Positions 40,447 to 53,550 of a stretch of DNA of 64,000 nucleotides are shown one piece after another. The notes beneath the pieces are model-generated. The model saw only the letters and a program-made list of their open reading frames with translations. It searched no databases and was not told where the DNA came from. The stretch comes from an uncultured Candidatus Binatia bacterium (GTDB lineage: Bacteria > Desulfobacterota > Binatia > UBA9968 > JAJDTQ01): NCBI GenBank assembly GCA_964291295.2, contig OZ219754.1:352001-416000 (forward strand). The letters run 5' to 3'. Position numbers and translations under genes: made by a program. Every line of letters begins with the position of its first letter. The first letter of the stretch is position 1.

Positions 40447-41653
40447 GATCTCCTCCAGCGGCGGCGAGGCCGTCCTCGCCGCACAACCGCTCCACGTAGG
40501 GAATCAACTCGGGCGCGATGAACCGCTCCGCCCGGGCGATGTATTCCGGATAGACCGGGAGCCGGGGCCGCAGCGTGAAACCCGCGCTCGCGGTACGCTC
40601 CTCCAGCTCCACCCGTTCGGGCCAGGGTGCCTCCGGGTTGATGAAGTCGCAGGTCGCCGGCGACACCCCGCCCCAGTCGTTGATACCCGCGTCGAGATAT
40701 CGCTCATAGGATTCCGGCGTGAGATTGGGCGGCGCCTGGATGTTCATGTCGCCCCCCAGGATCAACCGCGCCAAGGCAATGGTCCGGGCCTCCTCGTCAT
40801 AGTCGGCGTCGGGGTGCCCGCGCATGGGGATCCCGGGCTTCACGCGGAAGTTCTGCACGATCACTTCCTGGATGTGGCCGTGGCGGCGATGCAGTTCGCC
40901 CACCGCGTAAAGCGACGCGATGCGCTCCTCCCGGGTCTCGCCAATGCCGATGAGGATCCCGGTGGTGAAGGGAATGCGCAACCGGCCCGCCTCCGCCAGC
41001 GTCCGGATCCGCGCCGACGGCTTCTTGTCGGGCGCGCCGGCGTGGGGGCCGCCGGGTTCCATGAGGCGCTCGCTGACATTTTCCAGCATCAGCCCCATGC
41101 TCACGTTGACCCGCCTCAGCCGCTCCAGGTCGGTCCGCGCCATGAGCCCGGGATTGGCGTGGGGCAGCAATCCGGTCTGCTCCAGCACCGCTCTGCAGGC
41201 GTCGTACAGATATTCCAGCGTTCTGCGGTAGCGCCGCCGCCTCAGGAACTCCCGCATCTCCGGGTAGATGGCCTCCGGCTTGTCTCCCAGGCTGAACAGC
41301 GCCTCGGTGCAGCCCATGTTCCCGGCCCGCCGCGCCATCTCCAGCACCTCGTCCAGGGACAGGGTCCGGGCGCCCTCCTCTCCGGGAGCCTTGCGGAACG
41401 TGCAGTAGCCGCAAAAGTCGCGGCAGAGATTGGTCAGCGGTATGAAGACCTTGGGGGAAAAGGTGACGGTCCGGCCCTTGTGGCGGTCGCGCAACTCGGC
41501 CGCCGTTCGGAGCAGCGCCGTGAATTCGTCTCCCTCGACACCGGCCAGCAGCAGGGCGTCTTGCGACGCCAAGGCCCCGCCGTCCAGACACTCCCGCAGC
41601 AGTCGTGGGATCCGGCGCGTTGTCATTGGCCAAACGCTCAAGTGGGTTTCCAT
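40415..41653 (-). CDS. cofG: FO synthase subunit 1 (radical SAM)
   Basis: FIPLTNLCRDFCGYCTF, PFTTGILIGIGET, QAPPNL, DWGGVSP, INPEAPWP. The start may be 41626. Confidence 0.95.
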   Translation of the reverse strand: METHLSVWPMTTRRIPRLLRECLDGGALASQDALLLAGVEGDEFTALLRTAAELRDRHKGRTVTFSPKVFIPLTNLCRDFCGYCTFRKAPGEEGARTLSLDEVLEMARRAGNMGCTEALFSLGDKPEAIYPEMREFLRRRRYRRTLEYLYDACRAVLEQTGLLPHANPGLMARTDLERLRRVNVSMGLMLENVSERLMEPGGPHAGAPDKKPSARIRTLAEAGRLRIPFTTGILIGIGETREERIASLYAVGELHRRHGHIQEVIVQNFRVKPGIPMRGHPDADYDEEARTIALARLILGGDMNIQAPPNLTPESYERYLDAGINDWGGVSPATCDFINPEAPWPERVELEERTASAGFTLRPRLPVYPEYIARAERFIAPELIPYVERLCGEDGLAAAGGDHEPHRSDVRA

Positions 41654-41806
41654 AACGGATAAGGATGTTCAGGTCAACTGACCCCGGGGCCGGCCGCCGG
41701 CCATGGAACCGGCTTGCATTTTCGCGGCGGATGGAGGAAATTCCTGTCGAAAGTCAACGCCGTCTCTGCGCCGTCATCCGGTGTCGCGGAGACAAGGAGC
41801 GCATCC

Positions 41807-41944
41807 ATGTCCGCATCCATGTCAGACGACCCTCACGACCCCCACGACGACGGCAACCCGCCGCCGCCCATGCCCAAGTCTCCCATCGTCCTGTTCCACC
41901 TCCTCGAATTCCCTGTTGCTCCACCGGCACCCCTGTGCCTCTAG
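41807..41944 (+). CDS. Possible Pro-rich small ORF or leader peptide (45 aa)
   Basis: AAGGAG SD at 41794-41799, then MSASMSDDPHDPHDDGNPPPPMPKSP...; no recognised homology. Confidence 0.3.
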   Translation: MSASMSDDPHDPHDDGNPPPPMPKSPIVLFHLLEFPVAPPAPLCL

Positions 41945-42046
41945 ACCGGACCGAGCGTCCACGGGAATTTCCCGCACCCGGACAACCCGGGACGGAATGC
42001 TCCCGTGCCGCCTTGCGTCCCGGCATTCCGGAGCGGAGATCGATTC

Positions 42047-43369
42047 ATGCTTGACAACATCTGGTTGGGTGCAACCGTCATCTTTCTGTTGATCCTCGCC
42101 AACGGCTTTTTCGCCGCCGCGGAGATCGCCGTGATCGCCACCCGCGGAACGCGCACGGACCCGGCCGGCCGCCGGGGCGCCCGCTCCACCGCGGCCCTGG
42201 CCCGGCTCAAGAACGAGCCGGATCGGTTTCTGGCCACGGTCCAGATCGGCATCACCTTCGTCGGCACCCTGGCCTCCGCCATCGGCGGCGCCGGCGCCAC
42301 CCAGCTCCTCAAGCCGCACCTCCAGTCGCTGCCGATCCCTTACGCCGAGACCTGGGGCAACTACGCGGCCATCCTCATCGCCGTCCTGCCCATCGTCTAC
42401 CTGAGCCTGGTGCTGGGGGAACTCGTGCCCAAGTCTCTGGCACTGCGCTATTCCGAACGCATCGCGTTCTTCGTGGCGCTTCCCATCGACACCATCTCCA
42501 GGAGCACGTCCTTCCTGGTGACGATCCTGACCCGCTCCAGCAACACGGTGCTTCGGCTCTTCGGCGGCAAGGAAACCGGCACCGCCAGCTTCGTCTCCGA
42601 GGAGGAAGTCAAGGCGCTGATCCGCGAAGGTACCGCCAAGGGGATCTTCGACGAGACCGAGAAGGAGCTGATCCACAGCGTCTTCGACTTCGTGGACACG
42701 CCGGTGAGGGCGGTGATGGTCCCCCGCACCGAGATTCACGCCATCGACATCCGGACGGAGCCGGCCGACATCCTGCTGAACTTCGTCGACAGCGGCTTCT
42801 CCCGCCTGCCGGTGTACGAAAACGACCTGGATCAGATCATGGGCATCGTCTACAACAAGGACATCCTCCGTGCGATGCAGGCCAACGAGCCCATCGACTT
42901 GCCCGGCATGATGCATCCGCCCTTCTTCGTGCCCAGCTCGCTGCCCATCAGCCAGCTTCTGAAGGATCTGCAGCGGCGCCGCATGGCGCTGGCCATGGTG
43001 GTGAACGAGTACGGCGAAGTGGAAGGGCTGGCGACCCTGGAGGACATCATCGAGGAGATCGTCGGCGAGATCCGCGACGAGTACGACGCCGAGGAGCGGG
43101 GACCGGTGGAACGGCTGCCCGACGGCTCACTGGTGGTGTCGGGCTCGGCCCTGCTGAAGGACCTCCAGTCGGACTACGAACTGCCCTTCGAGGAATCGGT
43201 GGACTACCATACGCTGGCGGGGTTCGTGCTGGCCAAGCTGAAGCGGATTCCCCGGGGCGGCGAGAAGATCGAGACCGACGGCCACCGGCTCACCATCGTC
43301 GATGTGGAGGGACGGAGGATCGTCAAGATCCGGGTGGAGGAGAACCAGCGCCTCAACGCCGCCGTGTAG
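42047..43369 (+). CDS. CNNM/CBS/CorC (hemolysin family) Mg2+/Co2+ transport protein
   Basis: NGFFAAAEIA, TVQIGIT, GELVPK, MVPRT, FSRLPVY, TLEDIIEEIVGEIRDEYD. Confidence 0.93.
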   Translation: MLDNIWLGATVIFLLILANGFFAAAEIAVIATRGTRTDPAGRRGARSTAALARLKNEPDRFLATVQIGITFVGTLASAIGGAGATQLLKPHLQSLPIPYAETWGNYAAILIAVLPIVYLSLVLGELVPKSLALRYSERIAFFVALPIDTISRSTSFLVTILTRSSNTVLRLFGGKETGTASFVSEEEVKALIREGTAKGIFDETEKELIHSVFDFVDTPVRAVMVPRTEIHAIDIRTEPADILLNFVDSGFSRLPVYENDLDQIMGIVYNKDILRAMQANEPIDLPGMMHPPFFVPSSLPISQLLKDLQRRRMALAMVVNEYGEVEGLATLEDIIEEIVGEIRDEYDAEERGPVERLPDGSLVVSGSALLKDLQSDYELPFEESVDYHTLAGFVLAKLKRIPRGGEKIETDGHRLTIVDVEGRRIVKIRVEENQRLNAAV

Positions 43370-43372
43370 CAC

Positions 43373-44482
43373 TCATGCGGGGGCGGCGCCCCCGGCCGGC
43401 CGCTGGCACCCCTTGCCGACCGGTGCGCCGATCCGCAGCAGCGCTTCCGTTTCCCTGAGCAGCGCCTGGATCTCCCGGGGCCTTCCCACGGTCACCCGGA
43501 TCATGTTCCGCAGTTCGGGGCGGTCGAAGAAGCGCACCAGAATCCCCCGGTCGCCGAGCCCCTCGTACAGCCACCGGATGCTGTCGCTCCCCAGCTTCGC
43601 CATCGCGAAGTTCGCCTGGGAGGCGTGCACCTCGAATCCCAACCTGCGCAGGCCGCGGATCAGCGTCTTGCGTGTCCGCTGAATCCGCCCGACGTTCCGG
43701 CGCATCCACTCCACGTCCTCCAGCGCCGCCGCCGCCGCCGCCAGACTCAGCCGGCAGAGATTGTAGGAGTCCTTGACCTTGAGCAGGTTGCGCACGATCG
43801 CTTCGCTCCCGAACGCCAGCCCCACGCGCATGCCGGCCAGCGAGAAGGCCTTGGAAAAGGTGCGCAGCACCACCAGATTCGGAAAACGGCTGATCAGCGC
43901 GATGGCGGTTTCGTCACTGTCCGCGAAGTCGATGTAGGCCTCGTCCACGATCAGGAGGCCGGCCACCGAGCGGGCCAGGCGGGCGATCTCGCTCACCGGC
44001 GCCAGGGTGCCCGAAGGGGCGTTGGGGTTGCACAGGATGGTCACCTTGCTGGACTGGGAATAGAGCGGCGCCGGTATGGCGAAATCATCCGGATAGGGAA
44101 TCTTGAGGCTCCGTCCGTCCTGTATGGCGATCAGCGTTTCATAGAGGCTGTAGGTGGGGGCCGGGTAGGCCACGCAGTCTTCCCCGCCCACGTAGCAGCG
44201 CATCAGGATGGACAGCAGTTCGTCCGAACCGTTGCCCGCCATGACGTTGGCCGGCCGAACATTGTAGAGGGCGGCGGCGCGCTGGCGCAATTCCCGCGCC
44301 GCGGGATCGGGGTAAAGGCGCAACGATGCGTTGAGTTCCCGGCGCACCGCAGCCAGGACTCTGGGGGACGGCGGATAAGGGTTCTCGTTGGTGTTGAGCT
44401 TGATGACGCCGGTCTGCCGGGGCTGCGCTCCAGGTGTGTAACCTTCCAGATCTTCGATGTTTTTTCTGAGGAGGGACTGCAT
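43373..44482 (-). CDS. hisC: Histidinol-phosphate aminotransferase
   Basis: KLNTNENPYPP, GNGSDE, NPNAPSG, DEAY, RTFSKAFSLAGMRVG. Confidence 0.95.
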   Translation of the reverse strand: MQSLLRKNIEDLEGYTPGAQPRQTGVIKLNTNENPYPPSPRVLAAVRRELNASLRLYPDPAARELRQRAAALYNVRPANVMAGNGSDELLSILMRCYVGGEDCVAYPAPTYSLYETLIAIQDGRSLKIPYPDDFAIPAPLYSQSSKVTILCNPNAPSGTLAPVSEIARLARSVAGLLIVDEAYIDFADSDETAIALISRFPNLVVLRTFSKAFSLAGMRVGLAFGSEAIVRNLLKVKDSYNLCRLSLAAAAAALEDVEWMRRNVGRIQRTRKTLIRGLRRLGFEVHASQANFAMAKLGSDSIRWLYEGLGDRGILVRFFDRPELRNMIRVTVGRPREIQALLRETEALLRIGAPVGKGCQRPAGGAAPA

Positions 44483-44605
44483 CCGGCGATTCTAGCCAGC
44501 CGTCGCCGCCATTGCAAACGACACGCCGTCCCGGCCTTCGCCGGAACCATGGAGAGACGCCGGAGAGACGCCGGGAGGACGGTTGAGGGCAACCCGTGCG
44601 GCCGC

Positions 44606-47230
<2,625 letters not shown>

Positions 47231-47297
47231 GAGATTCCTCCGGTGTCCCCCCGGTGTCCTTCGGTGTACCGGCCCCGCGGCACCGAACCCTTGTGAA

Positions 47298-47325
47298 AAT
47301 CTAGGTACGGATTCGGCAAAGTCAA
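47298..47325 (-). promoter_or_regulatory. Possible sigma70 promoter of clpB
   Basis: TTGACT-N16-TAGATT on the minus strand. Confidence 0.5.
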
Positions 47326-47466
47326 CGCGACCGGCACCCTGCCGGCCCTCCGGAACCAACGGCTGCGGCACACCCGGGACTTGACCCGGGCGGCCGCGGT
47401 TTCCTGGTTCGGCCGCACCATTTCTGCTATCTATCCAGCTATCCGCCCGATTACCCGATCGGATCC

Positions 47467-48624
<1,158 letters not shown>

Positions 48625-48700
48625 CACGTCCGCCAAGGGGGCAGGGAACGCCAAGGGGGCAAGGAACGCCCGCCGGGGGATAACCGAACATCGCCGGACC

Positions 48701-50065
48701 ATGAGCACACACAACCGATACGGCACGCTGAAACGCCTGGACCACACCCACCTGTGGCATCCTTTCACCCAGATGCGGGAATGGATGGGAGAAGACCCCT
48801 GCATCATCGCCGAGGGCGAGGGCAGCTACCTCATCGACGTCGACGGCAACCGCTACCTTGACGGGGTCTCCTCGCTATGGTGCAACCTCTTCGGCCACCG
48901 CCGCCCGGAGCTGGACCATGCCCTCAAGGCCCAGACCGACCGCATCGCGCACTCCACCTTTCTGGGGCTGAGCCACATACCGGGCATCGAACTGGCCGCC
49001 CGGCTTGCGGCCCTGGTGCCGCGGGGCCTCACACGCGTTTTCTATTCGGACAGCGGTGCCACCGCCGTGGAGGTGGCGCTCAAGCTGGCGGTCCAGTACG
49101 GGCAGCTGCGCGGCCGCACCGGCAGGAATCTGTTCGCGCGGCTGGAGGAGTCCTATCACGGGGACACCGTGGGAGCCATGAGCGTGGGCTACAGCGACCT
49201 GTTCCACCATTTCCACCGCGCCCTGCTGTTTCCCTCCCTGGCGGTGAAGCCTCCCTACGCCTACCAGCGCGAGCAGGGGCTGAGCGAGACCGAGGCACTG
49301 GCGCGTTCCGTGGCGGCGGCCCGCGACGTGGTCGGCCACAACAAGGACCGTCTGGCCGCGTTCATCATGGAACCCGTCATGCAGGGGGCGGCGGGCATGT
49401 GGCCCCAGCCCGCCGGTTACGTCAGGGCGATCCGGAACCTCTGCCGGGACAACGACATCCTGTTCATCGCCGACGAGGTGGCCACCGGCTTCGGCCATAC
49501 CGGGCGGATGTGGGCGTGCGAGCACGACGGCGTCAGCCCCGACCTCATGTGCGTCGGCAAGGGCATCACCGGCGGTTACCTGCCATTGGCCGCGACCTTC
49601 GCCACCGAGGAGATATTTTCGGCCTTTCTCGGCGACTACGGGGAGTTCCGGAGCTTCTTCCACGGTCACACCTACACCGGCAACCCGCTGGGCTGCGCGG
49701 TGGCGCTGGCGGGACTCGACATCTTCGAGCGGGACGCGCTGATGGAGAAGGTGCCGCTCAAGACCGCCTGGCTGGAGGAACGGCTCCGGAAGGAGATCCT
49801 CACCCTGCCCCACGTGGCCGAGATACGCCAGCGCGGCTTCATGGTGGGCATGGAACTGGTGGAGGACAAGGCGAGCGGCCGGCGCTACGACCCGGGCGCG
49901 CGGGTCGCCAACCAGGTGGTGCTGGAAGCCCGGCACCGGGGCGTCATCGTGCGTCCGCTGGGAGACACGCTCATCGTGCTGCCGCCCCTCACCATCAGCG
50001 ACAGCGAACTGGAGACCCTGGTGGACACGGTCCGGGACTCCATCCGCCAAGTCACGGGGACCTGA
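48701..50065 (+). CDS. bioA: Adenosylmethionine-8-amino-7-oxononanoate aminotransferase
   Basis: WHPFTQM, SSLWCN, YHGDT, DEVATGFG, KGITGGYLP, HGHTYTGNP. Confidence 0.95.
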   Translation: MSTHNRYGTLKRLDHTHLWHPFTQMREWMGEDPCIIAEGEGSYLIDVDGNRYLDGVSSLWCNLFGHRRPELDHALKAQTDRIAHSTFLGLSHIPGIELAARLAALVPRGLTRVFYSDSGATAVEVALKLAVQYGQLRGRTGRNLFARLEESYHGDTVGAMSVGYSDLFHHFHRALLFPSLAVKPPYAYQREQGLSETEALARSVAAARDVVGHNKDRLAAFIMEPVMQGAAGMWPQPAGYVRAIRNLCRDNDILFIADEVATGFGHTGRMWACEHDGVSPDLMCVGKGITGGYLPLAATFATEEIFSAFLGDYGEFRSFFHGHTYTGNPLGCAVALAGLDIFERDALMEKVPLKTAWLEERLRKEILTLPHVAEIRQRGFMVGMELVEDKASGRRYDPGARVANQVVLEARHRGVIVRPLGDTLIVLPPLTISDSELETLVDTVRDSIRQVTGT

Positions 50066-50895
50066 TGAGCCGAGGCTTCTTCATCACCGGCACCGACACC
50101 GGCGTGGGCAAGACCCTGGTGGCCTGCGGCCTTGCCGCCGCATTCAGGGACGCCGGATTCAAGGTGGGGGTGATGAAGCCGGCGGAGTCCGGATGCCACA
50201 ACGAGCACGGGCGCATGGTGCCCCGGGACGCGCACCTGCTCAAGGCCGCGGCCGGCAGCGACCAGCCCATCGAGCGCATCTGTCCTTACCGGCTGGGCCT
50301 CCCCGCGGCCCCCAGCGTTGCCGCGGCCCACGCCGCCACCCGGATCCGGCCGGACTTCCTGGTGCGGCTGTACCGCGACATGGACGCCGTCCACGACCTG
50401 ATGCTGGTGGAAGGCGCCGGCGGCCTGCTGGTGCCGCTGCACTCCAGCTACACCTTCGCGGACCTGGCCCGGGAACTGGAGCTCCCGGTGCTGGTGGTGG
50501 TGGGCAACCGGCTCGGCGCCATCAACCAGGCCCTCCTGACCTTCGAACACGCCGCCTGCCTCAATCTGAAGGTGTACGGCTATTTCCTGAACGATATCGA
50601 GGAGGGAGAAACGCCCGCTACGTCCACCAACGCGGCGACACTCCAGGAAATGACCCGAGTTCCGTGCGCCGGCAGGATCCCGTTCCTGCAACCGCAGGGC
50701 TCGGGCGCACCGCCGGAGACGCGCTCCGACCTGGGCCGCCTGTTCCAGCGCCACACCCGGCTCGACCACCTGAAACAGTCCATTGAGTCGGCGGGCGTTC
50801 CCGTGGAGCGAGGTTCCGTGGAGCGGGAGCGGCCCGCCCGCGCCGCGGCGAAGCCCCGCCGCGATTCCGGCATGGCTATCCCGCGGCGCCGATGA
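50065..50895 (+). CDS. bioD: Dethiobiotin synthase
   Basis: FITGTDTGVGKT, MKPAESG, VEGAGGLLVP, LGAIN; ATG overlaps the bioA stop. Confidence 0.93.
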   Translation: MSRGFFITGTDTGVGKTLVACGLAAAFRDAGFKVGVMKPAESGCHNEHGRMVPRDAHLLKAAAGSDQPIERICPYRLGLPAAPSVAAAHAATRIRPDFLVRLYRDMDAVHDLMLVEGAGGLLVPLHSSYTFADLARELELPVLVVVGNRLGAINQALLTFEHAACLNLKVYGYFLNDIEEGETPATSTNAATLQEMTRVPCAGRIPFLQPQGSGAPPETRSDLGRLFQRHTRLDHLKQSIESAGVPVERGSVERERPARAAAKPRRDSGMAIPRRR

Positions 50896-52048
50896 AGCAG
50901 CGGGTCACCTCGTCGTACACCGCCTTCAACGGCACCTTCTTCGACACCGCCACCTTTCGCGCCTCGTCGTACTCCGGAGTGGCCCTGTGCCCGCCCCCGG
51001 GCTCCTCCGCCACCTTGACCGTGAGGGTGCCGAACCGCGTCTTCAGCCTCAGCGTCCTGCGCGCCAACACCAGCCGCTCCACCATGTAGCAACGCACCCC
51101 CAAGGTGGAAGTCTCCCGGAGCACGACTTCGGCCAGCGCGTCCCGGAGTTCCGGTGCGGCGACGATGCGCAACAGCGTACCGGGCCGGTTCTTCTTCATC
51201 TGCACCGGCGAAAGCGCCACGTCCCGGGCGCCGGCGGCGAACAGACGTTCCAGCACGTAGTCGTAGATCTCCGGGTTCATGTCGTCGATGTGGGTCTCCA
51301 TCACCAGCATGCGGTCGCGGCCCAGGGCGGGCGCGCCCTCGCCCAGCACGATCCGCAGGAGATTGGGCCGGTCCGGGAACTCCAGCGTGCCCGCCCCGTA
51401 GCCCGCGCCCTTGATGCGCATGGCCGGGACCTCTCCCTTCCGCGTGACCAGCGCCGAGAGGATCGCCGCGCCAGTGGGGGTGACGTTCTCCGCTTCGAGC
51501 CCCGCGTCCTCCACCGGGAACCCCTTGAGCAGTTCCAGGGTTGCCGGTGCCGGCACCGGCAGCACCCCGTGCAGCGAGCGGGTCAGGCCCCGGCCCAGCG
51601 GCACCACCGAACAGGCAAAAACGTCGATGGCCAGATGACAGGTGGCGATGGCCGCCGCCACGATGTCCACGATGGAGTCCACCGCCCCCACTTCGTGGAA
51701 GCGAACCTCCTCCGGCGGGATCCCGTGGACCCTGCCCTCGGCATCGGCCAGCCTGGAAAAAATTTCGATCGAACGCGCCTTCACCTCCGCGGTCAGCCCG
51801 CTCTCCTCGATCAGCCGTCGAATCCCGCTCCAACTCCGACTTGGCCGCTCCTTGCCCGCGATGACCTGGAACCGGACCGCTCGAATCCCGCTGGCGGTCT
51901 TGCTCCCCGCCCGGAGCCGGAAGTCAACGCCCGAAAGCTTGCCCAACTCCTCCCGGAGCCGCTTGCGCGGCAACCCCAGGTCCAGCAGCGCAGCCACCGT
52001 CATGTCACCGCTGATACCGGAGATGAGATCGAAGTAGGCGATCCTCAT
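50876..52048 (-). CDS. larC: Nickel-pincer cofactor biosynthesis protein
   Basis: YFDLISGISGDM, FHEVGAVDSIVD, PVPAPATLEL, TPTGAA, MKKNRPG, ETSTLGVR, PEYD. Confidence 0.93.
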   Translation of the reverse strand: MRIAYFDLISGISGDMTVAALLDLGLPRKRLREELGKLSGVDFRLRAGSKTASGIRAVRFQVIAGKERPSRSWSGIRRLIEESGLTAEVKARSIEIFSRLADAEGRVHGIPPEEVRFHEVGAVDSIVDIVAAAIATCHLAIDVFACSVVPLGRGLTRSLHGVLPVPAPATLELLKGFPVEDAGLEAENVTPTGAAILSALVTRKGEVPAMRIKGAGYGAGTLEFPDRPNLLRIVLGEGAPALGRDRMLVMETHIDDMNPEIYDYVLERLFAAGARDVALSPVQMKKNRPGTLLRIVAAPELRDALAEVVLRETSTLGVRCYMVERLVLARRTLRLKTRFGTLTVKVAEEPGGGHRATPEYDEARKVAVSKKVPLKAVYDEVTRCFIGAAG

Positions 52049-52105
52049 GTGCGGGGGCCTGAAGCTGCGGGCAAGGCGTGGTCCTCTCGCCGGCGGTTCC
52101 TTCGG

Positions 52106-53362
52106 TCAGAACAGATCGGTCAGGTCGGAGTTGCCCGAGACGGGTCGCGGCGAGTCGGAGACCGTTGGCGGCGAGACCGAGCCTCGCGCCCCGGGCCGCT
52201 GGATCGTCAACTGGCGCCGACCTGCCAACTCCTCGAACCGTTCGCGGAACAGGCACTTGTGCTCCCTCGCGCTGAAGTAAAGCCATCGGACGGCGCGGGA
52301 GATGCCGACGAACAGCCATCGTTCCCATAACGCGGGCGGACGGCGCGAGAAGGTCTCCGCCTCCAGGCGAGGCATCAATACCGTATCGAAAGTCAAGCCC
52401 TTGGCGCTGGGGTAGGCCATCGCCTTGGGACGAAGCGTACCGAAGTCGATGGTCGGCAGTGTGGATCGATTCCGCCTTCCCGGCCACGCGGGTACTTCAA
52501 CCTCCACACCGGCCTCGTTCAGCCTCTGCGCATAGCCAAACACGTGCCGGCGCGTGGGGAACAGCAGGGCGATGCGCTCGCCCTTGTCGATGCGCGCGCG
52601 AACCACTTCGACGAGCTGCTCGCGTTCGTCCTCAAGGTCACCTGCGAGGTACAGCAGCGGCGGCTGGCGCTCGCCCTTGTCGATGGGTGGGTTCTGGCGG
52701 ATGAACCAGCGACGCTCGGTCTCGTCGGAAATGAAAGCGGCCGCGGTCCGGACAACATGGGGTGAACAGCGGTAGGCGTCGAGCAGGGTCGACGTGCGCC
52801 GGTGCAACCGCAGGCGGGTCAACAGGTCATGCTCTTCGATGCCGTTTTCGTAGATCTGCTGCTTGTGATCCATGAACACGGTGACGTGAGCGGCAACCGT
52901 GGTCAGAATGGCATAGGCCCGGGCATCAAGATCCTGCCCCTCATCCACCATGACAAAGTCGTACAGCGGCATCAGGCGGGACCGCGAACGCACCTCCGTC
53001 CAGACAGCCTCACGGACCGCATCGAAGTCAGGCCCCTCCTCGCCCCGCGGCAATGTCCGCCGGACATATTGCCTGTAGAATTCCTGACACCAGGCGTCGA
53101 AGGTCATGATGCAGCCGGCAGGCAGGTCGAGGTCGTCGAGGGCCGTGCTGATATAGGCCTTCAGGGAGTTGGTGAAGACCAGCAGCCGGTAACGCGCCGG
53201 CGGGATATCGCCCTCATCGACCAGGTGTCTGGCACGGTGCAGCAGCACCAGCGTCTTGCCGGCACCCGGCGAACCCAGCACCAGGTGATGCTGCTTCGCA
53301 TTCATCTCTACCGCACGAATCTGTGCGGACGTCAGTTCATTGCGGGGAACGAGCCAACCCAT
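52106..53362 (-). CDS. Compact UvrD/Rep-like SF1 helicase/ATPase (418 aa)
   Basis: GSPGAGKT, VMVDEGQD, DHKQQIY, YRCS, SAKGLTFD, FVGISRA. Confidence 0.88.
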   Translation of the reverse strand: MGWLVPRNELTSAQIRAVEMNAKQHHLVLGSPGAGKTLVLLHRARHLVDEGDIPPARYRLLVFTNSLKAYISTALDDLDLPAGCIMTFDAWCQEFYRQYVRRTLPRGEEGPDFDAVREAVWTEVRSRSRLMPLYDFVMVDEGQDLDARAYAILTTVAAHVTVFMDHKQQIYENGIEEHDLLTRLRLHRRTSTLLDAYRCSPHVVRTAAAFISDETERRWFIRQNPPIDKGERQPPLLYLAGDLEDEREQLVEVVRARIDKGERIALLFPTRRHVFGYAQRLNEAGVEVEVPAWPGRRNRSTLPTIDFGTLRPKAMAYPSAKGLTFDTVLMPRLEAETFSRRPPALWERWLFVGISRAVRWLYFSAREHKCLFRERFEELAGRRQLTIQRPGARGSVSPPTVSDSPRPVSGNSDLTDLF

Positions 53363-53550
53363 GGGAACTCGGCTTTCCAGGAGCCTGTGTCGCAGGACGC
53401 TTCGGGATGTGACCGGTGGGAGAGCATGACCAGATTTTCGTCCAAAATGCCAGAAACGTGTAGCCTTGTCCCATTATTGGACATGAATTGGGTGCCAAGT
53501 GGGACTCTGATGGATCTCTGTCCCACGAAAATTTTTTGCGGCGCAGGCTC

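Noticed and set aside
47231-47466. CIRCE/HAIR heat-shock operator or BirA operator between clpB and bioF
   Set aside because: No matching inverted repeat found.
52106-53362. Gabija (GajB), or the missing BREX BrxHII
   Set aside because: No OLD/TOPRIM GajA partner is present. BrxHII is an SF2 helicase, while this is SF1 and ~18 kb away.
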